From: Pseudomonadota bacterium
GTDB taxonomy: Bacteria > Bdellovibrionota > FAC87 > UBA2466
NCBI GenBank assembly: GCA_009927165.1
Contig: RFNO01000038.1
Coordinates: 13,574-77,573, forward strand
Length of the DNA stretch: 64,000 nucleotides
Direction of reading: 5' to 3'
Below the pieces are notes generated by a model. That model had not been told where the DNA came from. It saw only the letters and a list, made by a program, of their open reading frames with translations, and ran no database searches. Shown here in pieces: positions 28,654-37,473 of this stretch. Both the position numbers and the translations under genes were made by a program. The first letter of the stretch is position 1. Each line of letters opens with the position of its first letter.

Positions 28654-29565
28654 GTGATTAAACTCACCGATGTCACTCTTCGAGATGGCTTACAAAGTGA
28701 TCCTGTCTCTCTTTCCACCCAGCAAAAATTAGAAGTCTTTGAAGCTCTACAAGCTTGTCATTATAATAGGCTAGAAATTACCAGTTTTTCACATCCTAAG
28801 TGGATTCCTCAGTTAGCAGATAGTGATTCCTTTTGCGAAGAACTATTTAAATTGCGCAAGGATTTTGCGACTGAACTGATGGCATTCGTGCCTAATGAAC
28901 GAGGACTTGAGCGCTTGCTGAAATTTCCAATTCCTTGGGTGAGTCTTTTTATTGCTGCGAGCGAATCTTTCAATCAAAAAAATATCAATTGTCCTCGGCA
29001 ACAGACTTTGAACGAATTACGTGCTCTTATCCAAAAAGCACATGCGAATCAGCGGAAGGTAAGGGTGTATATTTCTACTGCTTTCGGATGTCCTTATGAA
29101 GGTGCTGTCTCTGAGGATACAGTTCAGGACCTGACCGAAAAAGTATTAGGCCTGTCGCCTGATGAGATCGCGCTGAGCGATACCATCGGTGTTGCAAATC
29201 CGATTCAAGTAAAAAGTATTCTAGGAAAAATAGCTCCGAAATGCGCGCTAGATCGAATTGCACTACACTTTCACGACACTTACGGATTAGCTCTTTCCAA
29301 TATCGTTGCCGGAATTGAAATGGGTATTACTCGTTTTGATGGAGCTACAGGGGGAATTGGAGGATGTCCTTACGCTAAAGGAGCCAGTGGAAATGTCGCA
29401 ACTGAAGCAATAGCTTATTTGTTAAATCGATTGGGACACAAGAATCAGGTTCATTGGGGCTCTATCAAAAACACACTACAACTTTTAAGGCAGCTTGGAC
29501 TTCAGGTGGAAAGCAAATTAGCAGCTGTTGAAGCAAGAGGGGGAAACTTATATGGCATCCAATAA
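28654..29565 (+). CDS. hydroxymethylglutaryl-CoA lyase
   Basis: VTLRDGLQS, ALHFHDTYGLALSNIVAG and GGIGGCPYA motifs are present. GTG start. Confidence 0.85.
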   Translation: MIKLTDVTLRDGLQSDPVSLSTQQKLEVFEALQACHYNRLEITSFSHPKWIPQLADSDSFCEELFKLRKDFATELMAFVPNERGLERLLKFPIPWVSLFIAASESFNQKNINCPRQQTLNELRALIQKAHANQRKVRVYISTAFGCPYEGAVSEDTVQDLTEKVLGLSPDEIALSDTIGVANPIQVKSILGKIAPKCALDRIALHFHDTYGLALSNIVAGIEMGITRFDGATGGIGGCPYAKGASGNVATEAIAYLLNRLGHKNQVHWGSIKNTLQLLRQLGLQVESKLAAVEARGGNLYGIQ

Positions 29566-30334
29566 CGTCTTGTTCAGAAGAGAAGGGCCCGTAGTTATTA
29601 TTACCTTAAATCGCCCTGATAAAATGAACGCAATCAATCGCGATGTGATTGAGGATTTAAAAAAAATTATCGACGTTTTGGAAACTGATCACTCTGCACG
29701 TGCAATCGTTGTAACAGGAAGCGGTGATAAATCCTTCTGTGTTGGGGCTGATCTCAAGGAGCGACAGGGAATGAACGAGAAAGATGTCCTTGTCCGGTTA
29801 GAATCCGTAAGAAATTTGTATTTGAGATGGGAACGACTTTCCCTCCCGAGTGTTGCTGCCCTGAATGGGGTTGCGCTTGGTGGTGGGTTGGAGTTGGCCT
29901 TGGTTTGCGATTTAAGAATTGCAGATGAAGGAGTGACGATGGGGCTGCCGGAGACGGACTTGGCAATCATTCCCGGCAATGGAGGCACTCAAAGGCTTAC
30001 TCGACTGTTGGGCCTGGCCAGAAGTATGGAAATGATTCTTCTGGCGAAACGTATCAATGCTTTGGAGGCTCAGAAATGGGGATTGGTTAATCACGTTTCT
30101 ACGCAGGGGCAAGCTTTGAAAGATGCACTAGCGTGGGCTCATAAAATTGCAGAGGCTGGACCGATTGCGATTCGACAAGCAAAAAAAGCTGTGTTGAGGG
30201 GATTAGAAAAAAGCTGGGAAGAGGCCTTACAGTGGGAAGTCGAATGTTATAAACCCTGTTTGTATTCCAAGGATCGTTTAGAGGGATTGAAAGCCTTTTC
30301 TGAGAAACGAAAGCCCAACTACGAGGGAGAATGA
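29552..30334 (+). CDS. enoyl-CoA hydratase/isomerase family protein (probably methylglutaconyl-CoA hydratase)
   Basis: Crotonase motifs FCVGADLKE and ALNGVALGGGLELALVCD are present. I place the start at ATG 29552 (MASNNVLF), preceded by AAGAGGGGG. The listed TTG 29528 is less likely. Confidence 0.85.
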   Translation: MASNNVLFRREGPVVIITLNRPDKMNAINRDVIEDLKKIIDVLETDHSARAIVVTGSGDKSFCVGADLKERQGMNEKDVLVRLESVRNLYLRWERLSLPSVAALNGVALGGGLELALVCDLRIADEGVTMGLPETDLAIIPGNGGTQRLTRLLGLARSMEMILLAKRINALEAQKWGLVNHVSTQGQALKDALAWAHKIAEAGPIAIRQAKKAVLRGLEKSWEEALQWEVECYKPCLYSKDRLEGLKAFSEKRKPNYEGE

Positions 30335-31860
30335 TGCAAGATTCAAAAGAGTTTTTAAAGCAGCGCGAACGAATTTTACAGGGCGGTGGAAAAAAGTATC
30401 ATGATAAGAACCGTACCGAAGGCAAATTATTTGCTCGAGAACGCATACAGTTATTGGTGGATAAAAACTCCTTTGTTGAGGATGGGATGTTTGCGAATTG
30501 TCTCAATGAGGAGCTTCCTGCCGACGGCGTGATTACTGGGTTGGGAAAAGTAGAAGGTAGAATCGTAGCTATTATGGCCAATGATTCCACTGTCAAAGCG
30601 GGTTCGTGGGGAGCAAGGACGGTAGAGAAAATCATTAGGCTCCAAGAAACAGCAGAAAAACTCAGTGTCCCTGTTTTTTTTCTCGTAGATAGCGCTGGCG
30701 CTAGGATAACTGACCAAGTGGAAATGTTTCCTGGCAGACGAGGAGCAGGAAGAATCTTCAGAAATCAGGCAGTTCTCTCTGGAAAAATCCCGCAGGTGTG
30801 TATTCTTTTTGGACCTTCTGCTGCGGGCGGTGCTTACATCCCAGCGTTTTGCGATGTTCTGATCATGGTGGAGAAAAATGCCAGCATGTATTTGGGTTCA
30901 CCGCGAATGGCCGAAGCTGTGATAGGTGAAAAAGTATCGCTAGAAGAAATGGGTGGAGCCAGGATGCACTGTACCCAGAGTGGTTGCGGAGATTTTTTAG
31001 TTCAGACCGAAGAAGAAGCTTTAAGTTTAGGTAGAAAATATCTTTCTTATTTCCCGCAGAACTGCAGCAGTCGTTCAGCCGAACTAACAGCTGTTGCTCC
31101 AGAAAGGTCTACGGAGGAAATAAAACATATTTTGCCCGTTCAAGCCGCTCGAGCTTATGACGTGAAAGAAATCATCAAAGCTATTGTTGATAAGGGAACC
31201 TTTTTACAAATAAAGGAACTTTATGCACCTGAAATAATCACTGGGTTAGCTAGGTTGAATGGAAAAGTGATTGGCATTATTGCCAACCAACCCCTAATCA
31301 AAGGAGGAGTTCTCTTTGTAGAGTCTTCCGATAAAGCAGCTCGATTTATTCAAATCTGTGATGCATTTAATATCCCCTTGCTGTTTTTAGCGGATGTCCC
31401 TGGCTATATGATTGGTTCCAAAGTTGAAAGGGAGGGAATGATTAGGGCGGGTGCCAAACTGATCCACTGTATGTCAAATGCAACAGTTCCCAAAATAACT
31501 GTAATTCTCCGAAAAGCTTTTGGTGCAGGTTTGTATGCGATGTGTGGTCCAGCTTTTGATTCGGATTGTGTGATTGGCTTACCATCTTCAGCAATTGCCG
31601 TGATGGGAGCCGAACCCGCTGTGAACGCAGTATACTTTAATAAAATGGTTGATATGAGTCCGGATCAGAAAAAACAGTTTATGGCTGAGAAGGTTCTTGA
31701 GTACGAAAAAAATATCAATATCTATCGAATGGCTTCAGAGCTTGTGGTCGATACGTTGATCGATTTTTCACAGTTGAGAAAAGAGTTAGTGGATCGCTTT
31801 GAGCTTTATGCCCCCAAAAAACAAGACAGAAGGAATGGTTCAGCAGTATTGCCTATGTAA
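30331..31860 (+). CDS. acyl-CoA carboxylase carboxyltransferase (beta) subunit, methylcrotonyl-/propionyl-CoA carboxylase type
   Basis: It has the two-domain carboxyl_trans architecture (MANDSTVKAGSWG..., FLVDSAGARI, GPSAAGGAYIPA, FLADVPGYMIG). ATGA overlap with the upstream gene. Confidence 0.85.
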   Translation: MMQDSKEFLKQRERILQGGGKKYHDKNRTEGKLFARERIQLLVDKNSFVEDGMFANCLNEELPADGVITGLGKVEGRIVAIMANDSTVKAGSWGARTVEKIIRLQETAEKLSVPVFFLVDSAGARITDQVEMFPGRRGAGRIFRNQAVLSGKIPQVCILFGPSAAGGAYIPAFCDVLIMVEKNASMYLGSPRMAEAVIGEKVSLEEMGGARMHCTQSGCGDFLVQTEEEALSLGRKYLSYFPQNCSSRSAELTAVAPERSTEEIKHILPVQAARAYDVKEIIKAIVDKGTFLQIKELYAPEIITGLARLNGKVIGIIANQPLIKGGVLFVESSDKAARFIQICDAFNIPLLFLADVPGYMIGSKVEREGMIRAGAKLIHCMSNATVPKITVILRKAFGAGLYAMCGPAFDSDCVIGLPSSAIAVMGAEPAVNAVYFNKMVDMSPDQKKQFMAEKVLEYEKNINIYRMASELVVDTLIDFSQLRKELVDRFELYAPKKQDRRNGSAVLPM

Positions 31861-31865
31861 AACTG

Positions 31866-32792
31866 CTAACGAGAGGTCTGTCCAATAGCCAATGGTGGCT
31901 TAGCGCGTCCCATGGCGAAAACCAGAACGACTAAAGAAATTACATAGGGAAGACTTTGGATGAATTGAGCAGGTAAAATTAGGTTTAGCATTTCTGAACT
32001 CTGAAGTTCGATCTGTAAAGCATCAGTGAATCCAAAAAAAACGCAAGCCACGAGCGTAGGAATCGGCTGCCATTTTCCAATGATGATGGCTGCTAGAGCA
32101 ATAAAGCCTCTACCAGCTGACATGTCCCTAATAAACTGACTTGAATGTCCAATGGCTAAATAAGAACCTGAGAATGCCATTAAGCATCCCCCTAAAAAAA
32201 GGGCCACAAATCTCGTGTGGTTGAGTGATACGCCGGAAGTTACCAACGCTTCTGGACCGTCGCCTGCTGCAATCAATCGCAAGCCCCATCGAGTGTTGGT
32301 CAGGGTGATTTGTATTACAAAGGGGAGAAGAATTGCCAAATAAACCAGTGATAGATGGTTGGAAAAGTGTCTGATAATAGGAAAGCTACTGAGGAATGGA
32401 ATAAAAACCGGTAGAAACCGGTTCTCCTGAGGGAGAGAAGGGGTGTTGGTGGAATTGGAAAATAACAATTTCATTAGCAGAGGTGTCATTCCCGACGCCA
32501 GAAGATTCACCGTAATAGCGCTGATAATAGGATCAGATTTTACCCTCACGGTAAGAAAAGCATGAAGAAGCATGAAAACTCCACCTACTAAAAGTGCTGC
32601 CCCCAGCGATAACCACGGGCTGGATGAATAATAATCAAATGCCGCTGAAGTAAAAGCTGACACTAAGATAATGCCTTCAATGCAAATCGTTGCTATACCA
32701 GCTCGTTCACACAGAAGGCCTCCCATGCTTGCAAAAATTAATGGAGTAGCAAAACGAAGAGTTGAATTGATGAAATCAATCATGACTTTCAC
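31866..32792 (-). CDS. ABC transporter permease (BMP/nucleoside-type, second permease)
   Basis: It is polytopic with the BPD_transp_2-like pattern, and sits in an operon with a BMP-family binding protein and a double-NBD ATPase. Confidence 0.8.
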   Translation of the reverse strand: MKVMIDFINSTLRFATPLIFASMGGLLCERAGIATICIEGIILVSAFTSAAFDYYSSSPWLSLGAALLVGGVFMLLHAFLTVRVKSDPIISAITVNLLASGMTPLLMKLLFSNSTNTPSLPQENRFLPVFIPFLSSFPIIRHFSNHLSLVYLAILLPFVIQITLTNTRWGLRLIAAGDGPEALVTSGVSLNHTRFVALFLGGCLMAFSGSYLAIGHSSQFIRDMSAGRGFIALAAIIIGKWQPIPTLVACVFFGFTDALQIELQSSEMLNLILPAQFIQSLPYVISLVVLVFAMGRAKPPLAIGQTSR

Positions 32793-33837
32793 CTCGTTGT
32801 TTTAAAAGGCGTTTTGCCAGCCATGGGCGACAAGCGATAAAAATGAGGAGTATGGCTTGAAGGACAATAGAAATATCCTTAGAAATATTATCACTCAAAA
32901 ACTCAAGCTCTCGTGCAAAGGTTTGTAAGCCACCAAAAAGAAAAGCAGAGGCAATAATTCCAAGTGGATTATTTTCTGCTACGAGAGCTACCGCAATTCC
33001 TGAAAAGCCGTATCCAGGGGAAAAACCCTCGATGACTTTGTGCTCGCTTCCCATAACTTCATTTACCCCAACTAGCCCTGCGAAAGCTCCGGAGATAACA
33101 AATAAGCAGAGTGTTTGTGTTCGAGTACGTATTCCAGCGAAACGAGCTGCGGTAAAATTAGTCCCCATTGCTCGCCATTCATATCCCAGCGCGCTTCGAT
33201 AGAGGATAAGATGAGCCAGTAGAGCACAAAATAGAGCAATGAAAAACGAGAGATTCGCAGGAGTAGTTCTGAAAAGTTCGGTTCCGAACCAAGAAAAAGC
33301 ATTGGAGAATTTTGGGATAAAGTAAGTCGAGGAGATGATCTCGGTCTCGGCACTCTGTGTATTCGGGTTTTTGAGGGGATATAAAATGAGATACCCCACC
33401 CACGTCGTTGCAATAAAATTTAATAGGATGGTAACTACTACTTCATGGCTTCCTCGGTAGGCCTTAAGGTAGCCAGGTATTAAGCCCCATAAGGCCCCAG
33501 CCAGCGCCGCTAAAATTATTCCCAAGGGAATAGCCAGAAAAACGGGTAGCTGAGAAAAATGATGGCTGACTGCTACAATAGCAATAGATCCCCACAGTAA
33601 CTGACCTTCCGCTCCGATATTGAAAAGCCCTGCATGAAAGCAAAGGGCTACTGATAGGCCCGTGAAGATCAACGGGGTTGCATAATAAATCGTATAACCT
33701 AGACCAAAGGGGGAAAAGAAAGTGTTCGAAAATGCTTCCGCTAAAATGGCAGGGTTTTCACCACATGCCCAAATGATTCCAGCGGTTATTAGCCCTATTA
33801 ATACCATGGGAATGAAAATACGATTCACGGTATTCAT
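32776..33837 (-). CDS. ABC transporter permease (BMP/nucleoside-type, first permease)
   Basis: Polytopic. I place the start at ATG 33837 (MNTVNRIF), which forms an ATGA overlap with the ATPase stop. The listed ORF extends to 33858. Confidence 0.8.
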   Translation of the reverse strand: MNTVNRIFIPMVLIGLITAGIIWACGENPAILAEAFSNTFFSPFGLGYTIYYATPLIFTGLSVALCFHAGLFNIGAEGQLLWGSIAIVAVSHHFSQLPVFLAIPLGIILAALAGALWGLIPGYLKAYRGSHEVVVTILLNFIATTWVGYLILYPLKNPNTQSAETEIISSTYFIPKFSNAFSWFGTELFRTTPANLSFFIALFCALLAHLILYRSALGYEWRAMGTNFTAARFAGIRTRTQTLCLFVISGAFAGLVGVNEVMGSEHKVIEGFSPGYGFSGIAVALVAENNPLGIIASAFLFGGLQTFARELEFLSDNISKDISIVLQAILLIFIACRPWLAKRLLKQRGESHD

Positions 33838-35339
33838 GATTCTGTTCCAGTCATACAAAGGCCTAAGTCAGGTAAAGTCCAATTACTGGCTGCTTTTTCT
33901 GCGATAAATGCCCCATTTCTGATGACTAGGATCCTATCAGAGAGAGTCCTTAATTCGTCGAGATCGGATGAAATAAGGAGGATCCCCGCTCCTTCCGCCC
34001 TTAGCTTCCTGAAGTGTTCATGAAAAAACTCCATTGCCCCAATGTCGACTCCTCGAGAAGGATGGCAAGCTAATAAAAATCGCACTCGATCAGAAGCTTC
34101 GCGAGCAATAATTATCTTTTGCTGATTTCCTCCCGAGAGTGTTGCAGTGGACAAATCGGGATGGCAAGGGCGCACGTCAAAATGCTTCAGTTGATCTTGG
34201 GCGAATTGCCGGATGTGTGGAAAAGAAAGACAACCCAGGCCTTGAAAAGGTTTTTCCCAATGATGTCCAAGGATCAAGTTGTACTCGTTAGTAAATGGGA
34301 GAATGAGCCCATTTTTTTGGCGATCCGGAGGAATGACACCAAAACCTCTTTGCCGGTTTTGATAAGCAGTGAAGTTCAGCAGATCTTCACCAAGCATTTT
34401 AATATGACCTGAGAAGCTCTTAAGTTGTGTGAGTACCTGAACCAGTTCCTCTTGGCCCTGTCCTTCGATCCCGGCAATCCCAACGATTTCGCCAGCCGCC
34501 ACGTTCAGTGATAAGTTGCGAAGCTGTAATCCTTTGCGAGATTTCGTACTGAGCGAAGAAACTTCCAGCACTGCAGTTTGGGGCTCAAAAGAACGTTGAG
34601 ACGTGACAGGAACTTGCCGGTCTCGCCCCATCATCAAAGTAGCTAGCTTATGCTCATCGAGTGAGGCAGTGCTTTCCGTAGCAACGACTTTACCCTGCCT
34701 CATGATCGTGACAGTGTCGGTAAATTCGAGAATTTCTCTCAGTTTGTGAGTAATCAAAATAATTGTCTTTTGCTGTTTTTTCAGCTGAAGCAGTCGATTG
34801 AGTAATACCTCCGACTCTTGCGGAGTAAGAACAGCTGTCGGTTCATCAAGAATTAATATGCGGGCTTTCCGGAAGAGTAGCTTTAGAATTTCTACTTGCT
34901 GTTGTTGCCCGACGGGCAATGTCTCAACTTTCTCTTCAAGGTCTAGTGAAAAACCAAAATCGTTTTGGAGTTGCTGAATTGTTGCTAAAAGATTCGTTTT
35001 GGGAATAAACAAAGATGTGGGTTCATGGCCTAAGATGATATTTTCCCAAACTGAGAGTGTAGGTACCAACTTGAAGTGTTGATGAACCATTCCGATCCCG
35101 GCGCGAATCGCTTGATTTGGATTGTTGAATTGCGTGCTAATCCCGTTTAGTAGGATAGTTCCGGAGTCAGGTGAATGAACCCCATAAAGAATTTTCATGA
35201 TGGTCGATTTTCCGGCGCCATTTTCTCCAACAATACCGTGGAATGAGCCCTGCTGTACTTCAAAAGACACAAGGGTATTTGCTGAGTTTCCATTAAAGTT
35301 TTTTGAAACGCGATCAAACTGTAAAAAGGGGAGGGTCAT
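33834..35339 (-). CDS. ABC transporter ATP-binding protein with two fused NBDs
   Basis: NBD1 has Walker A GENGAGKST and Walker B LILDEPTAVL. In NBD2, LSGGNQQK and the Walker B region are recognisable. Confidence 0.9.
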   Translation of the reverse strand: MTLPFLQFDRVSKNFNGNSANTLVSFEVQQGSFHGIVGENGAGKSTIMKILYGVHSPDSGTILLNGISTQFNNPNQAIRAGIGMVHQHFKLVPTLSVWENIILGHEPTSLFIPKTNLLATIQQLQNDFGFSLDLEEKVETLPVGQQQQVEILKLLFRKARILILDEPTAVLTPQESEVLLNRLLQLKKQQKTIILITHKLREILEFTDTVTIMRQGKVVATESTASLDEHKLATLMMGRDRQVPVTSQRSFEPQTAVLEVSSLSTKSRKGLQLRNLSLNVAAGEIVGIAGIEGQGQEELVQVLTQLKSFSGHIKMLGEDLLNFTAYQNRQRGFGVIPPDRQKNGLILPFTNEYNLILGHHWEKPFQGLGCLSFPHIRQFAQDQLKHFDVRPCHPDLSTATLSGGNQQKIIIAREASDRVRFLLACHPSRGVDIGAMEFFHEHFRKLRAEGAGILLISSDLDELRTLSDRILVIRNGAFIAEKAASNWTLPDLGLCMTGTES

Positions 35340-36343
35340 TTCGACTGATCCCGTTGGTTTTCTTTGTAGTAATCCGGAACAACTATAGTCCCTTTCATAA
35401 TGAGGTTGCGAATAGCGTTCGTTTGCTTTTCAACTTGCGCAGAGATCAAAGGGCGATTGTATTGATCCAAAGAGTAGCTAATAGCTCCTTCTTTAAGTCC
35501 TAAGTGAATGATGCCCGGTTTGAAGCGACCTTTGAGTTTCTGTTCTATCGTTTGAAAGACTGCTAGATCCACTCCTTTGACCATACTTGTGAGAATAAAA
35601 CCAGGTTTTACCCAGTTTTGATTAGAATCCACACCAATGGCGAGTCGATGAGATTCTTCTGCAGCATCAAATACGCCAGCACAGGAAGATCCAGCAGCAC
35701 AAAAAGAGATATCGACCCCTTTTGAGAACTGACCCAGAGCAAGTTCTTTCGCTTTAGTCGGGTTTCTCCACGCGTCAGACGACGCTCCTACATAGTAAGT
35801 CAATGTTTTAATACGGGGCTCAATGGATTGTGCTCCTGCGCGGAATCCTCTCTCGAAACGGCGTATCAAAGGAATATCCATGCCGCCAATAAATCCAATA
35901 TGATTCGTTTTCGTGGTGAGCGCAGCGATGACTCCAACTAAATAGGAACCTTCATGCTCATTAAAAATAACAGATCGAACATTGGGTAAAGAGCTCGGAG
36001 CATCAACTAACAGAAAAGATAAGTTGGGAAATTCTTTTGCAACTTCTTCAATTGGAGATTGCTGAACAAATCCGATTCCAATAATAAGATCATAGTTGTG
36101 TTGAGCAAATGTTCGCAATGATGCTGCGATTGCAGAATCACTTTGGCATTCCAGTACTTTCAAATGGATTCCCAGTTGTTTTTTTGCTTCTGTGGCGCCT
36201 GAGAAAGCCGATGCGTTGAATGATTTATCATCTTTGCCCCCTTTATCTAGAACTAGACCAACTTTAAGTGAAGAGCTTGGGTAAGCGGCATCAGAAAAAA
36301 AGAATAATAGAAAATAAGAGAGAGCTTTCAGGAAGCTGTTCAT
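35336..36343 (-). CDS. BMP-family (basic membrane protein/PnrA-like) ABC substrate-binding protein
   Basis: A signal peptide is present, plus VGLVLDKGGKDDKSFN near the N-terminus, which is typical of the Bmp family. Confidence 0.85.
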   Translation of the reverse strand: MNSFLKALSYFLLFFFSDAAYPSSSLKVGLVLDKGGKDDKSFNASAFSGATEAKKQLGIHLKVLECQSDSAIAASLRTFAQHNYDLIIGIGFVQQSPIEEVAKEFPNLSFLLVDAPSSLPNVRSVIFNEHEGSYLVGVIAALTTKTNHIGFIGGMDIPLIRRFERGFRAGAQSIEPRIKTLTYYVGASSDAWRNPTKAKELALGQFSKGVDISFCAAGSSCAGVFDAAEESHRLAIGVDSNQNWVKPGFILTSMVKGVDLAVFQTIEQKLKGRFKPGIIHLGLKEGAISYSLDQYNRPLISAQVEKQTNAIRNLIMKGTIVVPDYYKENQRDQSK

Positions 36344-36345
36344 AA

Positions 36346-36972
36346 TCAGCTGGTTAATTCATAACGAAGTGGAAGTTCAAATTGGAGTTCTTCCAAAGAG
36401 AGTCCGCCCGGAGGAATGGGGACTTTCTTTAGTTTTTGGAGGAATCGAAGAGCTTCTCTCTGGAGTGCGTGGGGTGCATCTGAAGCCACTAAACGAATAT
36501 TGTCGAGGTACCCCTCTGGCGTTACTTGAAATCTTACTTTTACGGTTCCCGAAATGCCCAGTTCTTTGAGCGAGGGAGGAAACACCTTGGCCGAATCTAA
36601 AAAAGCATGAAGAACCGAGTGATAGGAAGTTGAAGTGCCTCCTTGTCCAATGCCACGGCTTGCGACAGAGTTGCCCGTAACTTCGGAGGTTGCTTGACCA
36701 GTCGTTCCCCTTTTTTCTTGATGAGGTAACTCTAAAGGGGATGTCTGGAGGGAAGCTTTGTGAGTAGGGGATTGGGCAAAAACAGGAAAAAAAGAAACTT
36801 CGGTGGCGTTTCCTAGATTTCCTTGGCGTCCCCACAGTTTCTCAGGCGACGCAAAAGACGCGATTTTTCCTAATTGAGAAAAAATGGCTAAGTGAATGAT
36901 AATACTAGCAAAAATCGAAAGAGAAAATACGGGCCTTTCGAAATTGAAGCCATTCTTGCAAAGGGTAGCCAT
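36346..36972 (-). CDS. tonB: TonB-family energy transducer (C-terminal domain protein)
   Basis: It has an N-terminal TM anchor (FSLSIFASIIIHLAIF), a polar linker, and a TonB_C-like end (GTVKVRFQVTPEGYLDNIRLVASDAPHALQREALRFLQKLKKVPIPP). Confidence 0.7.
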   Translation of the reverse strand: MATLCKNGFNFERPVFSLSIFASIIIHLAIFSQLGKIASFASPEKLWGRQGNLGNATEVSFFPVFAQSPTHKASLQTSPLELPHQEKRGTTGQATSEVTGNSVASRGIGQGGTSTSYHSVLHAFLDSAKVFPPSLKELGISGTVKVRFQVTPEGYLDNIRLVASDAPHALQREALRFLQKLKKVPIPPGGLSLEELQFELPLRYELTS

Positions 36973-36987
36973 GATGCGTTAAACCTT

Positions 36988-37473
36988 ATGCTTAATTTAA
37001 AAAAGGAGCAAGCCCTGGTTCACTTAATCACCCGTTTTGTTCTCTTGGTCTTGGGCGCCTCTCTTATTGAGGGGTGCGGTAATGAGCCTGTCCTTAACCG
37101 TATGGTCACCAGTTTAAATGATTTTTATGCAAAATACGAAGGAATGGATAAAGGAAAATCGTGCTCGGTCATAGTGCATCGAGAGTGGAAAGAAAACAGC
37201 TCTGAATCTAAATCGGTTTATCGAGTTGAAGTCTCCACGAGCTATGAGCACCAAGGGCAGGGACTCGGTAAAGTGATACTCACTTTTGCTCCCACTGGAC
37301 AGGGAAAGATACTTGAGTGGACCAATCCACAAAATGGTGAGTTTTTAAGAATCCAATTATCGGCAGCCAGCGACACACTGCTGGACCCTGTTGCTTTCCG
37401 AATTAAATGGATACACTTCGATCATCTTCACGATGCAACCTGTTCCCAACTAAAAAAGGTAGAAAACCTGTGA
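36988..37473 (+). CDS. putative lipoprotein, unknown function
   Basis: I place the start at ATG 36988 (MLNLKKEQALVHLITRFVLLVLGASLIEGC). The lipobox is atypical (E at -2). The stop overlaps the receptor GTG start (GTGA). Confidence 0.45.
   Translation: MLNLKKEQALVHLITRFVLLVLGASLIEGCGNEPVLNRMVTSLNDFYAKYEGMDKGKSCSVIVHREWKENSSESKSVYRVEVSTSYEHQGQGLGKVILTFAPTGQGKILEWTNPQNGEFLRIQLSAASDTLLDPVAFRIKWIHFDHLHDATCSQLKKVENL

Noticed and set aside
36377-36835. Long antisense or alternative-frame ORFs inside confident genes. Examples: 36377..36835, 29689..30112, 3615..3992, 4338..4658, 5548..5949, 17277..18171, 61949..62382.
   Set aside because: These are shadow ORFs within genes that have strong family motifs on the other frame or strand. 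They have no independent motifs or RBS support.
36892-36987. A longer 5' version of the lipoprotein ORF (start 36892). Similar 5' extensions exist for the receptor (37407), thioredoxin-like (39569) and OppB-like (to 52679) ORFs.
   Set aside because: The extensions overlap neighbouring genes and precede obvious signal peptides or classical ATGA/GTGA coupling sites. The downstream starts are more plausible.
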